A DNA stretch of 64,000 bases from Convolutriloba macropyga (taxonomy: Eukaryota). Within the stretch, counting starts at the first letter, position 1. Every line of letters starts with the position of its first letter. Of this stretch, positions 23,186-35,150 are shown one piece after another. The stretch is from NCBI RefSeq assembly GCF_964194025.1, contig NC_134477.1, positions 35,898,001-35,962,000 of the forward strand. The letters run 5' to 3'. The notes under the pieces were generated by a model. It ran no database searches. It was not told where the DNA came from and saw only the letters and a program-made list of their open reading frames with translations. The translations under genes were made by a program, and so were the position numbers.

Positions 23186-24515
23186 TTTATTTTTTAAATT
23201 TCAACTCTTTCATCGCCTCATGATAAAAACGTCTACTTTTTCGGACAAAAGGCCTACTGCAAAATTATCATTAATATTCCACGGTGCTTTCAGGTCTCTC
23301 TTGTTTTATTGCTCTTTTGCATAAAACTTTTGGATAAGTTGTTTTTATTCCCACGACATATAAGCCCTGATTGGGACTGCATTTTTAAAATTGATACTGC
23401 AGAGCATATTGATTATATACTTGCTCCTCTAGGGTATAATGTGACTACAAACATAAACCTGTACACCTTAAAAAGGAGTAAAACCTAAAATATTATAACT
23501 GATCGTAGCCCTGATGTCTATGATGTAATAGCCCACAGTTCTCAATTATCCGTTATCGACTTTTCTCTTCTATTTGTTGTTTAAGAATATATTTTTTAAT
23601 CTAGCACGTTGAATTATATATTATCCTGTTCATTATAGACTGAACTTAAACTCATTCGATGTACTGACACAGTTAGACCAAGCTTTCACAAATCTAGCGG
23701 TCGGGTCTAAGACAAAAATAACGAAGTTCTAGGTCAATTTTGTGGTCTTTTTCCCTGTCAGGAAGTGCTTTATTTGCTCCAGCTCAAATTGGCTAAAGTG
23801 AAGTTAATAGTGTTCGCCATACTTAAATGAATCGGCCGCCAGAACAAAAATCTGGTTCTTTCGGTTAAGACTCAACATCATGGAAGCAAGTCATAAACCG
23901 GAAGTAAAAGGCGCCTTGCAAGTGGTAGCGTGACAACAGTTTTATTCAAGCTTACCCCTCGAGAGACTTAAATTAATCACCTGGACCGTTCCTTCCGCCC
24001 AGCCAAAGAACAAACGATTTGTTTGCGCTCTATTGTTCCACTTCGATTGCTCCAGACGTTATAAAACCAACAATGATAATAAAAAGCAACAAAGTCTGAT
24101 TCCAGATTACGAACTTTCCTTTCTTGTCCAACAGTCATAAATTTTTTCCTCCTTTATTTAAACCCTTATTTGTTGACAACTAAGAAGCTCTATAAGCTCA
24201 TCGAAGAATAGTTCAGTATAGGAACTTAGATAAATAAAAAGAATATCAAAAACAACAGTTTTAATTGGACAAAAACTATGATTGAAAAACTATGATTGAG
24301 TTGTCAAAAAGTTGTAATTGAATTGATACGAGAAACTGTAACAGGGTTCACGTGACGGAGCATTTTAGCGCTGAACCGGAATATTTTAGTACTATAAACC
24401 AAATTCAGGTCGAAAACATTGCATCTCAAGAGTATTATAAGACTATATAAGTAAGTAGTATATAGAGGGACGGAGCTGCCCGGGGGGGGGGGGGGGGTGG
24501 CGACCCACATGTTTT

Positions 24516-24777
24516 AAGATAGGCTAGAGCGATTTCAAATCATTTTGGTTGCCATCGAATTTTCGCAGCAATGTCTAAAGATAGGTATTCGAATTTACAT
24601 GCATTAATATTACAGTTATGGGAACAACGTATAAAGATAGGTAATAGATTTTACATGTATTAAGATTTGATTTTTGACAACAATGTATAAAGATAGGTAA
24701 TAGATTTTACACGTATTAAGATTTGAATTAGGAGAGCAGCGCATTAAGATAGGTAATAGGTCTTATGTATAAGATTT
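24516..24777 (+). repeat. Tandem minisatellite, about 56-bp unit, 4-5 copies
   Basis: AAGATAGGTAATAGATTTTACA.GTATTAAGATTTGA is repeated with divergence. Confidence 0.8.
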
Positions 24778-25841
24778 CTCATTAAATTTTTAATCACAAA
24801 ATAAGAAAAAAGCTAACAGATAGCCAGTTGGAAAATGAAGCTGTGTTACATCTTTTTCACGATGAGTCATCATTTTGATGCTGATGTTTTGAGGTACTTG
24901 ATAGCAAACAAGGCTCAATAAGACTAAGTACGAGACCGAAAATTCTACCGTGCTAATACATTTTTGATTATTCTGAATAACATCAGAATAACCTAATTCT
25001 ATGTAATGAGTTTTCTATAAAACGTTTTTCGACCAATATCATGATTTTTGTAATTTATAATTTATGAATCACATATTTATCATGAATGATGTCACAGCAA
25101 ACTATTGCTAATTTCGATCTTCAGAGGCTGTGCAGGTAGAAAAGAACATCTCAAACAACTGAAACGATCAATTAACTAAAAACGAAATGAAATAACCAAC
25201 TTAGCTAAGGGTTGACTCGAATAAAAATGGATAAAATTATACCTCTGATGATCAAGTAAGTTTATAACGTCGTCTTGGTCTCCTTAGATGGATGTTTACA
25301 CTGATACACTAAACAAATACTATTGATAGCCATGGATTCAATCAGATCTGCTAGAACAAAAGGAATTTCAAGAGTTTCCAGGTGATTTTTTATATCAGTA
25401 CAGTAAACCTTGCTCAATTTTTTCATCCAGGGTTGTCTACAGATCTGATTAACACTTGCGAAATGAGTTAGAAAACTTTTAAATGCTCAGCTGGAACTTC
25501 AAAAACCGGGCCAGGTTTCCTTTTAAGACTGATTACTTTAGTGAACTCATCAACTCGACAAAACTTAATTACAATAACATTACAAGTTCACAAGCGTACA
25601 ATTAATTTAAATGGATAAAATGTAAGAAAAAGGAAAAGACAGTTTAGATAATAAAAGGTGTCGTATGAATTCCATATGCATTCACAATTCCTTTTGGATA
25701 GAAAAACGAGAGTCCATTTTCAGTTTGCTAGTAGGTAAGAATTTAGTGATGTATAGTTCTGAATCCTCTATTAGTTAAGGCTGTATTCACTGCATCATCC
25801 AAGACTCGTCTGTACTTCTGTAGTAAAGGTCCATCACTGTT

Positions 25842-26041
25842 NNNNNNNNNNNNNNNNNNNNNNNNNNNNNNNNNNNNNNNNNNNNNNNNNNNNNNNNNNN
25901 NNNNNNNNNNNNNNNNNNNNNNNNNNNNNNNNNNNNNNNNNNNNNNNNNNNNNNNNNNNNNNNNNNNNNNNNNNNNNNNNNNNNNNNNNNNNNNNNNNNN
26001 NNNNNNNNNNNNNNNNNNNNNNNNNNNNNNNNNNNNNNNNN
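25842..26041. other. Assembly/scaffold gap (200 N)
   Basis: Run of exactly 200 N, probably an arbitrary-length scaffolding join. Confidence 0.99.
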
Positions 26042-28999
26042 AACCTTGCCCGCACTTTTGTACTAAAAAAAATTTATGCAACTTATTTTCCGAACGCTCA
26101 TTTCTGCTTCTCCCGTCTGATCCTATCAGCATAAAATTGTGATTTTGGTCTATTTCAGATAAGCATTAGGTACGATTTGTAAATCAGATTCAGAACAACG
26201 ATTGCTAAACGATTGAATTGTAAAACAATTCAGAACATCGATTGCTCTTAGCAAATGTTTTGATTGTCCGTGCAAAACTGGACTCCTCAAAGAAATTTCA
26301 GGTCGTTTTATACTTCTTAACCGTTTTATTTAGGGCCACACCAAAAAATTGGCCAGACAAAGAATAGGGCCAGACTTTGAAAAAATTATTTTAGTTTACT
26401 TTGTTGCCATTGACGAATCTTCTTTTGAACCATTTTCTACGGCGCATTTAAACCTCAAATACTTTGCTGATTGGACATTTTTTTTTGCTTGGTAATAGTT
26501 TTTGATATTTAGATAGTTAAATCTTGAGGTGAAATTTATTGTTTTTGAAATATCTGTGAGTGATTTCAAATTGGATATTGAGAAGGAAAAGCTTTAAGTT
26601 TGATTTGAAACATTTGGCCAAGTGACAACTCCGCCACTCAGTACAAAAGTATCAATGCAATTAAGCCCATTTTGGCCTCTTTGATTTTTTCTCATAATGC
26701 GATTGCAAATTAGCAGAAGCGATTACAAGCATTTCTTATCATACTTAAACGGCAATATTTGGTTTCAACTTTTGTGGTGGTAGTTCCATCGGCTTCTCAG
26801 GCATGATTATGAAATTAAAAAGGTTTTTTTGAGTTTCGTTTTTTTTTCAGGGAGTTTTTGAACTTTTTCACAATTTTTCTCTTATTTTGGTCAACTTTTA
26901 ACTAAGTGTCACCAAAAGAAAGAAGACTTCTTCTTTATACTGAATTAAAATTTAATCTTTCTTACGGTTTTACGCATTAAGTTTTGATTTTCTGGCCTTG
27001 ATACTAACAGATTTCACAAATTTTTTTGACTTTTAGACAATGACCCATTTTTTCGGCAATTCTCTCGTTTTTTCACATTGTGACATTATAGATAATTCAC
27101 ATAAAACTTTACTGGCGATCAAGATAGGGCGCAACTGAACAAATCAGAATCGCTAAACAGATTATGGCTTTGACGGCTTCGACACCACTTTCTCGAAGTA
27201 TCTAATTGAGTTATTTTTTTTTACTTTTTTATCTTTAACTGTCGTTTTCACTTTGTCTTTTGTCGTATGAATTTGTCTGAGCCTATATTCGCATTTGAGT
27301 AGATGGCTGATGGGTTTCATGACTTTGAAATCAATTATTTAAAAAAATCACAAACTAATTTCGATTTTTTGTTCTTTTTTGTATGTTTTTGAAACCTAGT
27401 CTCGTTAATTGAAGATCATACATGACATTATTGGCGTCCAGAGAACGGGCAGTTGTACAATTTCTAAAATTTTTTAAGGAACTCGTTATGACAATACTGG
27501 CTTCGACATGGGTTTTTCGCAAAAAAAAAGTAAATTAGTTTTGGTTTTTGTCTATGTTTGACGTTGTTTTTGGTAAACGTCGGACATTTTGTGAATAATT
27601 ACAGATCTCCAGGACTTCCTTCAGACGAATAAAGGAACCAAGTTATTTTTTCGTTTTTTAGCTACTGGCTTTCATAACTTTGAAAAGAATTGTTTTCGAA
27701 AACCACAAGTGTTTCTTAATTTACCCCTTTTCCGCTTTTTGTCAATTTTTTACCGAGTCCCAATAATGAGAAGTCGGGATCACATGGCACTTTTTTTTCG
27801 ACGGAGATGTAACCGGACAATTTTGAGGGGCAGTAAATGGTTTTACGGCTTCGACAGCGTTTCCTCACAAGTTTCATTTGAATTTTTGTTTATTGTTCTT
27901 TTTGTAACCGCTAGAAAAATTAAATAAAGACAGGTCCTACAGCGCTTCTAAGCAGGCTGCGGTTATAATAAAGTTTTTGGACAGTTTCAGTTGATATCTG
28001 ATGGTTTTCCTCACTTTGAAATTAATTATTTTTGAAAAATTAGCAAATTTATTAACTTTGCTCTTCTTTTTCTTTTCTGTCTAATTGTAACCGAGCCTTA
28101 TTATGGACTGGTCGCATATGTTTTCTCGTAAAGTACAAATTGATTTGCTCAGTTTCAGTTTTATCTGACGCTATCTTGACTTTGTTATTATTTTTTTATT
28201 GAAAAAAATGGACATAAAGTTTTGGATATAATTGATGTTTGTTGTTGTTTGATTTTGCTGTTCGTCTTGCCTCGCTTTCTTAATAATGGCAGATCTCATC
28301 AGTCTAAATTGGCATTTTTTACTTCACTGAAGTATTTGCGTTGGAGGCAATAATTTTGTTCATACACAAATTTTGTTTAGAGTTTTTGCGATTTTCTGAT
28401 CTTGAATCATTGCGGTTTTCTATCTGATGTCACGTGGATGAGCGGGGTCGGAATCTTGTGTGCAAACGCACATTACAGAGCCTCCCTGTATATTATATGA
28501 TCTCACTTAGGCATTTTTATTATTTTAAATAAGTTTTCTAATAATTTTAACAAAAGGGTAAAATATTGCATGGTTCTATCTGTGTATTTTGCACATTGTG
28601 TATTTTGACATTTGACATGGGACCACAAATAACTTTTAATGAATTCTTCGAAAATTTGGTTAAAAATATTCACAACTGTACAGTAAAATATTCAATTACG
28701 CCCGAGTCATTTGTGAAAATATGCATAAAGTTTAATAGATCAATTTTCGTATTTTTTTTTTCAAAAAATCATCATGCTTTTTTTGAGAAGAAAATGATGA
28801 AAATTGATTTATATTTAGGCACATTTTCACCTCACCTGACCCGTCTTCGTAAAGTAGTTCATAATTTTAGTTATTAAATATCTTTATTTACCAGCTCTAG
28901 CCATTTACATTTAGAGCTTGCTGGCAGATTGAGAGTGATTATTGAGATTCGGATTTGCAGTAATCAAATCTTTATCGCGAATTTGCGGTTTGTTTAAAG

Positions 29000-31719
29000 A
29001 TGAAAATTACTCAGTTGTTTGCTACCTTCATATATATCATCATCCAGCTAACACAAGACGTGGAAAATGAGAAAGTATACCAATCTGCAGAAAATGTCCT
29101 TCAAAGGACTCTAATAGAAGGATACAATCGCCGTGCACGACCAGTCAAAAATTACGACTCGACTGTCAATATGACGTTCAGCGCTTCGTTGTACCAACTT
29201 GTGGAATTCAACGCCAAGGCTGAGACCATGACCACTCTAATCTGGCAACGGATCCAGTGGAAAGATGAAATGCTCTCCTGGAATCCAGAAGATCACGGCG
29301 GAATCGATGTGCTGAGGTATTCTCTGAGCGACCTTTGGGTTCCGGACATTTTACCCTACAATGAAGTGGGAGTTTTTGATCCAACAAAGTACCATAAGGT
29401 GGAATTGTTTCCTTTTCATGGTCATTTAGAGGTTGATATTTTCAGACTTTAAAATAAGTTTTTTTTTTCAGACAAGATATTTTCAGACAAATAAGTTTTT
29501 TTTTGTGATTGAACCTTAAATAATTTTGTCTGGGTTAACTTCAGCCTAGTTTATTAATTAAATCAAATAACCTTGATGAATCATATTGACCAGACATTGA
29601 TTGCAAAATCGCCTCCTTTTGATTGAATGCAATAAATCAGGTTTGTATTTTAATATGGTGGTATATAAAAAAGAATATATAATAGTATATAATGTATATA
29701 TAGATTTTATTGGCTAGTCTCGTCTCGTATCTTATCAGAGTATATAGACCCCTGGACCCTTTTTGTTCAAACTTTTGTTCAAAGTTGAATTACAACATGA
29801 CACAAAACAGATAGTGCAAAACGGAAAAGCAAAAAAAAATGTTTGCAACAGGAAACGAAACAGTTCCCATAAGGTAATACCTGTGCGAGTTGAGTATGAT
29901 GGCTCCGTTCACTGGACCAGTCCCCTAAGCATGACTACAACTTGCACAATGGACGTGACCAACTTCCCCTTCGACTCCCAGACTTGTGCAATTAGTCTGG
30001 GATCATGGCAGTACACAGCAGACCAGCTGGATATCCATTGCAGTGACCCGACTTTCGATTTGTCATCCTATGCTCATCACACTCAGTGGGAACTTCAAGG
30101 TCAGTAATGGTTTGGATCATTCCATAGTTTTGAATTTCATCATCAAGTTAGGTTTTGAGTGTACAGTCGGAGTACCACAGTGTGATGTTTGAATATGAAA
30201 TACGGCACTGTTACTGTGTCACACAAACAAAAAACCAAATGAATTGGTTCAAAATTTGTAAATAGTGGAAAAAATCTTTTGATAACCAAAAAGCTTATTG
30301 ACCCGGCTTTCCTGTGACATCTCATCTTCACTTATTTGTGACTGTGTTTTAACTGTTTTTCTTAACTGGTTTTTGACTAGTATTTTCAGTTGGTTTATCA
30401 CTGGGTTTTTGATTGACTTTTTGACTGGATTTAAGATTGAATTTTCATTGGAATTTTCACTGAGTTTTTGACTGGGTTTTTGATTGGGTTATTGATTGGG
30501 TTTTTTATTGGGTTTTTTATTGGGTTTTTGACTGCATTTTTGACTGGGTTTGATAGGATATACCCAAGATTTGTACTCTATTCATGCCTCCAGAATTGTA
30601 GTTCTATAGCACAGTTGGTTACTAGTGGAAAAATTCTTCCAATATTTCCCTTGTTTTTTGTCTCCTGCGCAAATATAAACCTGGTTCAAAAATGGCCAAT
30701 TCAACTCTGAAGACATAAATGAAGAACGAACAAGCTGGACCATTTATAACAAATCACCAAAACCATCTATCTGTATGGCTTTCAACAGTTTAGTCCCCTA
30801 TATACATGCAACCTCAACAACAGAATTCAAATATACTAAAGCATCAAAGCAGTTTCAGTCTTTGTCTTTTTTTATTTGTTTAGAACGAGTTTCAAATTGC
30901 GGGGTTTCACAAATTTGCCAGCATATCTTGTGATAAAGTTTAAAAGAAATGAGAAGACATTGCTTCGCTTGATTTAGACCTACAATCAAAAATTTTGAAC
31001 CCAATAGAAATTAACTACGGCACATTTTGGTTCCAATTACGTGTCTTTTTAATTGTTTAGAATCCTCATGCGAACGTCGCGAGATAGTGAGCAAAGGACA
31101 CAGATTCAGCTATCTCACATTCTCCGCCAGCTTCAAAAGACTCAGCGACTTCTACATTCGCAATCTCCTACTGCCAAACGCTGGACTTCTCGCTCTAAGC
31201 AGCCTGATATTCATTCTACCAGCTGATGGAGGTGACCGAATCGGGTTCGGGGTTACCTTGACTCTGTCTCTTTGTGTGAACTTGATGATTGTCACCGACT
31301 TCATCCCGGAAACATCCAAAACCATCCCGGAAATCTGCAATTATTTCCTCATCAACATTTTCCTCTCATCTCTTTCTATTGCACTGGCTACCTTGTCTAT
31401 TAACATGCATTTGTGGCTCAACAAGCGACAAGAGCGCAGAAAGCAGAAGGCAGCTGCAAGAATTTCGGCTAAGAAACCATCGATGGGAAGTCGCGAAGAC
31501 ACTGTGAGTAACAATTTGGCAGACCACGTCATCAATGGTCATGGGGGGAGTGTCGCGAAGGACGTTGAACAACTTCTGATTCAAGCAACCGAAATTGAAG
31601 AGAAGAGCAAAGCGTCGAAAATAATGGTGAAAATTGACGCTGCTCTTGGAATTCTGTATTTCGTGGGCACCACAAGCTATTCTACCGTATTTTTCATCAG
31701 AATAATCTACCACTATTAA
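29000..31719 (+). CDS. Cys-loop ligand-gated cation channel subunit (nAChR non-alpha / 5-HT3-like), 3 exons, 427 aa
   Basis: Exons 29000-29398, 29874-30099, 31061-31719 (phases 0 and 1). Signal peptide, YNRRARPV, WVPDILPYN (loop A), Cys loop CTMDVTNFPFDSQTC, GSWQY (loop B), M1-M4 with LPADGGDRIGFGVT, IPETSKTIP linker; no vicinal Cys in loop C. Confidence 0.93.
29401..29867. mobile_element. Degenerate TIR element forming intron 1 of the receptor gene (Introner-like)
   Basis: 8-bp direct repeat CATAAGGT at 29393-29400 and 29868-29875. Inside it, inverted ends GGAATTGTTTCCTTT and (reverse complement) GGAACTGTTTCGTTT match 13/15. Confidence 0.7.
30340..30552 (+). repeat. 12-bp tandem repeat (ACTGGGTTTTTG-like) in receptor intron 2
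   Basis: Repeated A(C/T)TGGGTTTTT(G/T) units. Confidence 0.8.
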
Positions 31720-32133
31720 ATAAATGCATTGGTCTGAACCAGCACATAACTTTCTGGATTAAAAAAAAACTCACTTTTGAAATAATTTTAGTTACCCCAA
31801 GCAAGAAAAAACGCATTTTTATAATCGCATTTAAATTATGATAGATGGACGCTGTTAGATTTGCTATGCTTAAATTACCGCACCAATAGATACGTCAATT
31901 TTGGTCATTTCAGCAGGCTGAAACTTATTGCATTGTATTCATTTAATATGCATCGTTAAATTGTATCTCTCTAGCTGTTTATTTAACGCAAAGCTATTGG
32001 CATGTATTAGATGAATGAAAACAATTCAATTGAAATTTTTGCCAATTGAAGAATTGCAGAATATAGACATAGCCGTAGGAATACAGTAAAGGAACCGGGA
32101 CCGAATTAAAAATAAATCAAACGGATTTTGTTC

Positions 32134-32576
32134 GGATCTTTTCAACAATTGCCCCCCCCCCTTTTGCAAAAGGGGGGCTATTCTTGAATAGAATTTAAGC
32201 GAGCTATTTATTAACCAATCAGAGACGACTAATAACTTTCCACGCATGCACATACTATTAAATTGAATAGAATGAAATACACCGTGGTATAGCAATTAGC
32301 CGAACCGGAATACAAAGCGAAAAGAATTTCCGACTGGCGGGTCGGTGGGCGCGCTTCGCGCGCGTCGCGGCTTCGCCGCGATAACCGACCCGCGATTTCC
32401 GGATTACATCCCACAGCGCATGAGAGGCATGGCCATGAACAGCGGTCCGCAATTGCGCTTAAACTAATATTCGGCTATCTAAAGTGTAGGCCAAGTAATA
32501 TTGTGGTAAAGTATAGCACAAAAGGGGAGGCGATTCTCTACTAGGTACCAAAGGGGGGCAATTGTTGAAAAGATCC
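32134..32576. mobile_element. MITE with 24-bp TIRs, GG termini and 8-bp TSD (Merlin-like)
   Basis: TIR GGATCTTTTCAACAATTGCCCCCC at both ends; TSD TTTTGTTC at 32126-32133 and 32577-32584; CpG-rich core. Confidence 0.9.
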
Positions 32577-32722
32577 TTTTGTTCAAAACTCAAAATACTT
32601 TGCGCAAGGGTAGACTCAGTGTTGTGAAACAGTCATGCTTGTCTAGGCTTTTCGGCTGTTTGTTGACCTGCAGAACAGACAAAAATCAAGATTATTGGCT
32701 TCGAATCATTACAGACTATAAT

Positions 32723-33210
32723 GTAAAGAGTGTAAAAATAATATTTTTACACCGTTAGTGCCCCCCTAATTAAGGGTTTAATAACGGGGAAAAGAGTGTA
32801 AAGAGTGTAAAAATAATATTTTTACACCGTTAGTGCCCTCCTTATTAAGGGTGGAATTACATATTAAAGTGTAATTTACGGGTGTAAATTATAGAAAAAG
32901 AGTGTAAAAAAGAGTGTAACAATAAGTTTTAACGGTGTAACAAAGAGTGTAACAATAAGTTTTAACGGTGTAATAAAGAGTGTAAAAATAACTTTTAACG
33001 GTGTAATAAAGAGTGTAAATATAAGTTTCAACAGTGTAATCAAAAGAGTGTAAAAATAAGTTATTCCACTCTTTTTCCACCGTTAAATCTTAAAATTACA
33101 CCGCTAAAATTACACTCTAACAGGGAATTCCACCCTTAATAAGGGGGGCACTAACGGTGTAAAAATATTATTTTTACACTCTTTACACTCTTTTCCCCGT
33201 TATTTTTGGG
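32723..33210. mobile_element. Foldback-type TIR element (about 80-bp TIRs, internal 33-bp tandem repeats)
   Basis: 32780-32858 is a near-perfect inverted copy of 33126-33203; an extra partial TIR copy lies at 32723-32776; AAAGAGTGTAA tandem repeats lie inside. Confidence 0.8.
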
Positions 33211-35150
33211 CAAAATCCTCGGCCCGGGTAGCGCCCCTACCAAATGGAACTTGCACTAGATTAACACAAACTCCGCAAAATGGCCTCTCTTATAGAATAT
33301 GTGGGGAGACAAAAATTGTCATCAAATTCCACAATTAAGCACGTGAGCATGTTTTTTGAAAATTAAATATATCTCTTTGGCGTTGATTTTGCTATAGTGG
33401 CACTAATTCATCTTTAAAGCTAATTCTAACTGCCGTCAAAATCTGATAATCAAAATTCAGATGAAACAATTGTTTTCATATTTGCTGTTGTAAATTTCAC
33501 AAATTTATCAAATTAAGAAAGTTTTTCATCATAATTCTTTAATACAAACAGTCCAATAATCCATGATCACTTTTCATGCAGAGGGATTTTTCATAAATTT
33601 ATAATAACTGATCATTTTTCAAACAGAGTTTTTTTTTCAAAAGCTTTCAATTACTGATCATGTTTTTATACAAACGGGTTCTTCAGAAATTAATAAAGCA
33701 ATCACTCATTCTTCCACAGAGTATAGCCCAGCATACCTTAGCCTAGATTGATCTGACTAATTCCAGCTTTACGAGATGGCCAGAGTTGGCTCTGAAAAAA
33801 TTTAAATTTTTTGTAGCAAATATATCTAAATATTATAAATGAACTCTTTCAAATTTGTAATTTATTTTAAAACTATAACTCATAATATCAAAACTTGTTT
33901 GAATTATCTGCATGTGTTTGCCCTCTTTAAAAAAGCGAATTTTGAAAATAATGCACTATAGAATTTGAATATTCTCGAGCTCGGCTCTCCAATTTGTGCG
34001 TCAAGCGTATCTGAAGTCGGACTAGTAGCTAATTAAAAGAACATTAATTACTTGACTATAGTTGAATTCTAAGTAACCTAGTATGTGAAAATTGAACATC
34101 GCAAACTGTGGATTATCAAGGACAAATTTTACTTAAATTTTAAAAATTGGCCAAAATGGCAATTTTGCCAAATTTGCTGACAACAATTTGAAGCAATTTC
34201 CCATCAATTATTTCACATTTTAACCAATATCACATGTTTTTGGATAACTTTTTGTGGAAAAGGATGGGCGAAATGGACCTGATCGTCCGTGCCAAGTGCT
34301 AAGAGCGGTAGTCTGTAATCAATTCTTGAAAAATTAGATAATTTCGAGGATAATTGATACAACTAATGTTGCCATTTAAAATCAATACTTAACTTTTCAT
34401 ATCACATGGAATAAAACTCATAAAGCCTCCAATATCTCTTTCTAAGAGAATATAGGTTTAAATCATTGTAATAGATGTGGCTTCAAAATTTGAATAAAAA
34501 AAGTTAAAAATTTGTTAACCTGACTTCAATTGGAAATATATCTGATTTTGGAGTGTTTCTTTTTATATAAGGAACTTTAGGTTAACGTATTTTAAGCACT
34601 TGCAAGAATTTGAAGTATACTTGCTTCTAAATTTAGTGAAATTTAAGTACTTGCAGAACTAATTTTTTTTTGAACTATAACGTTTCATTCAATTTAGCGT
34701 CGTAATGTCAAAATCAAAAATTTCGTTTCTAAATGTTGAGATACTCATTTGCATAATCAACAGCTGCACAGCTATTATATCTGAATGCACGAGAAGCTGA
34801 CGTGATCCGTCCAATATGTTCTCAGGAAGCAAAAGTATATTACTGAACCCCGTTTTCAACTGCAACTGAGATTCTAAAAATGACTTTACTAAAAACTAAA
34901 CGATAAAAATCAAATTAGTGACCTGAACAGCATCTAGCTGCGAGCAGTACCCGATGTCGTAAAAGTAAATTGATTGAATCAGTACAGCCATATTATAAAG
35001 AAATTTGATCAATTCAATGTGAATGTTTAAATTTGAATTGATGATGAATTGTTAATAGCTGCATTTGTGTTCGTATTTTATTAATCACTTTCGTGAATAA
35101 TCTCTCTAAAGCGGTTGCTCCTCTGTAGAAGAAATTGAGATCGTAATTTT

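Noticed and set aside
24516-24777. Regularly spaced repeats resembling a CRISPR array
   Set aside because: The 'spacers' are homologous to each other, the context is eukaryotic and there are no cas genes; this is a minisatellite.
25743-26132. ORFs spanning the N gap
   Set aside because: Artefacts of translating Ns. The 32 codons left of the gap could be a terminal exon but cannot be assigned, and adjacency across the gap is unproven.
30468-30710. Hydrophobic 80-aa ORF (GFLI repeats)
   Set aside because: Product of an intronic 12-bp tandem repeat.
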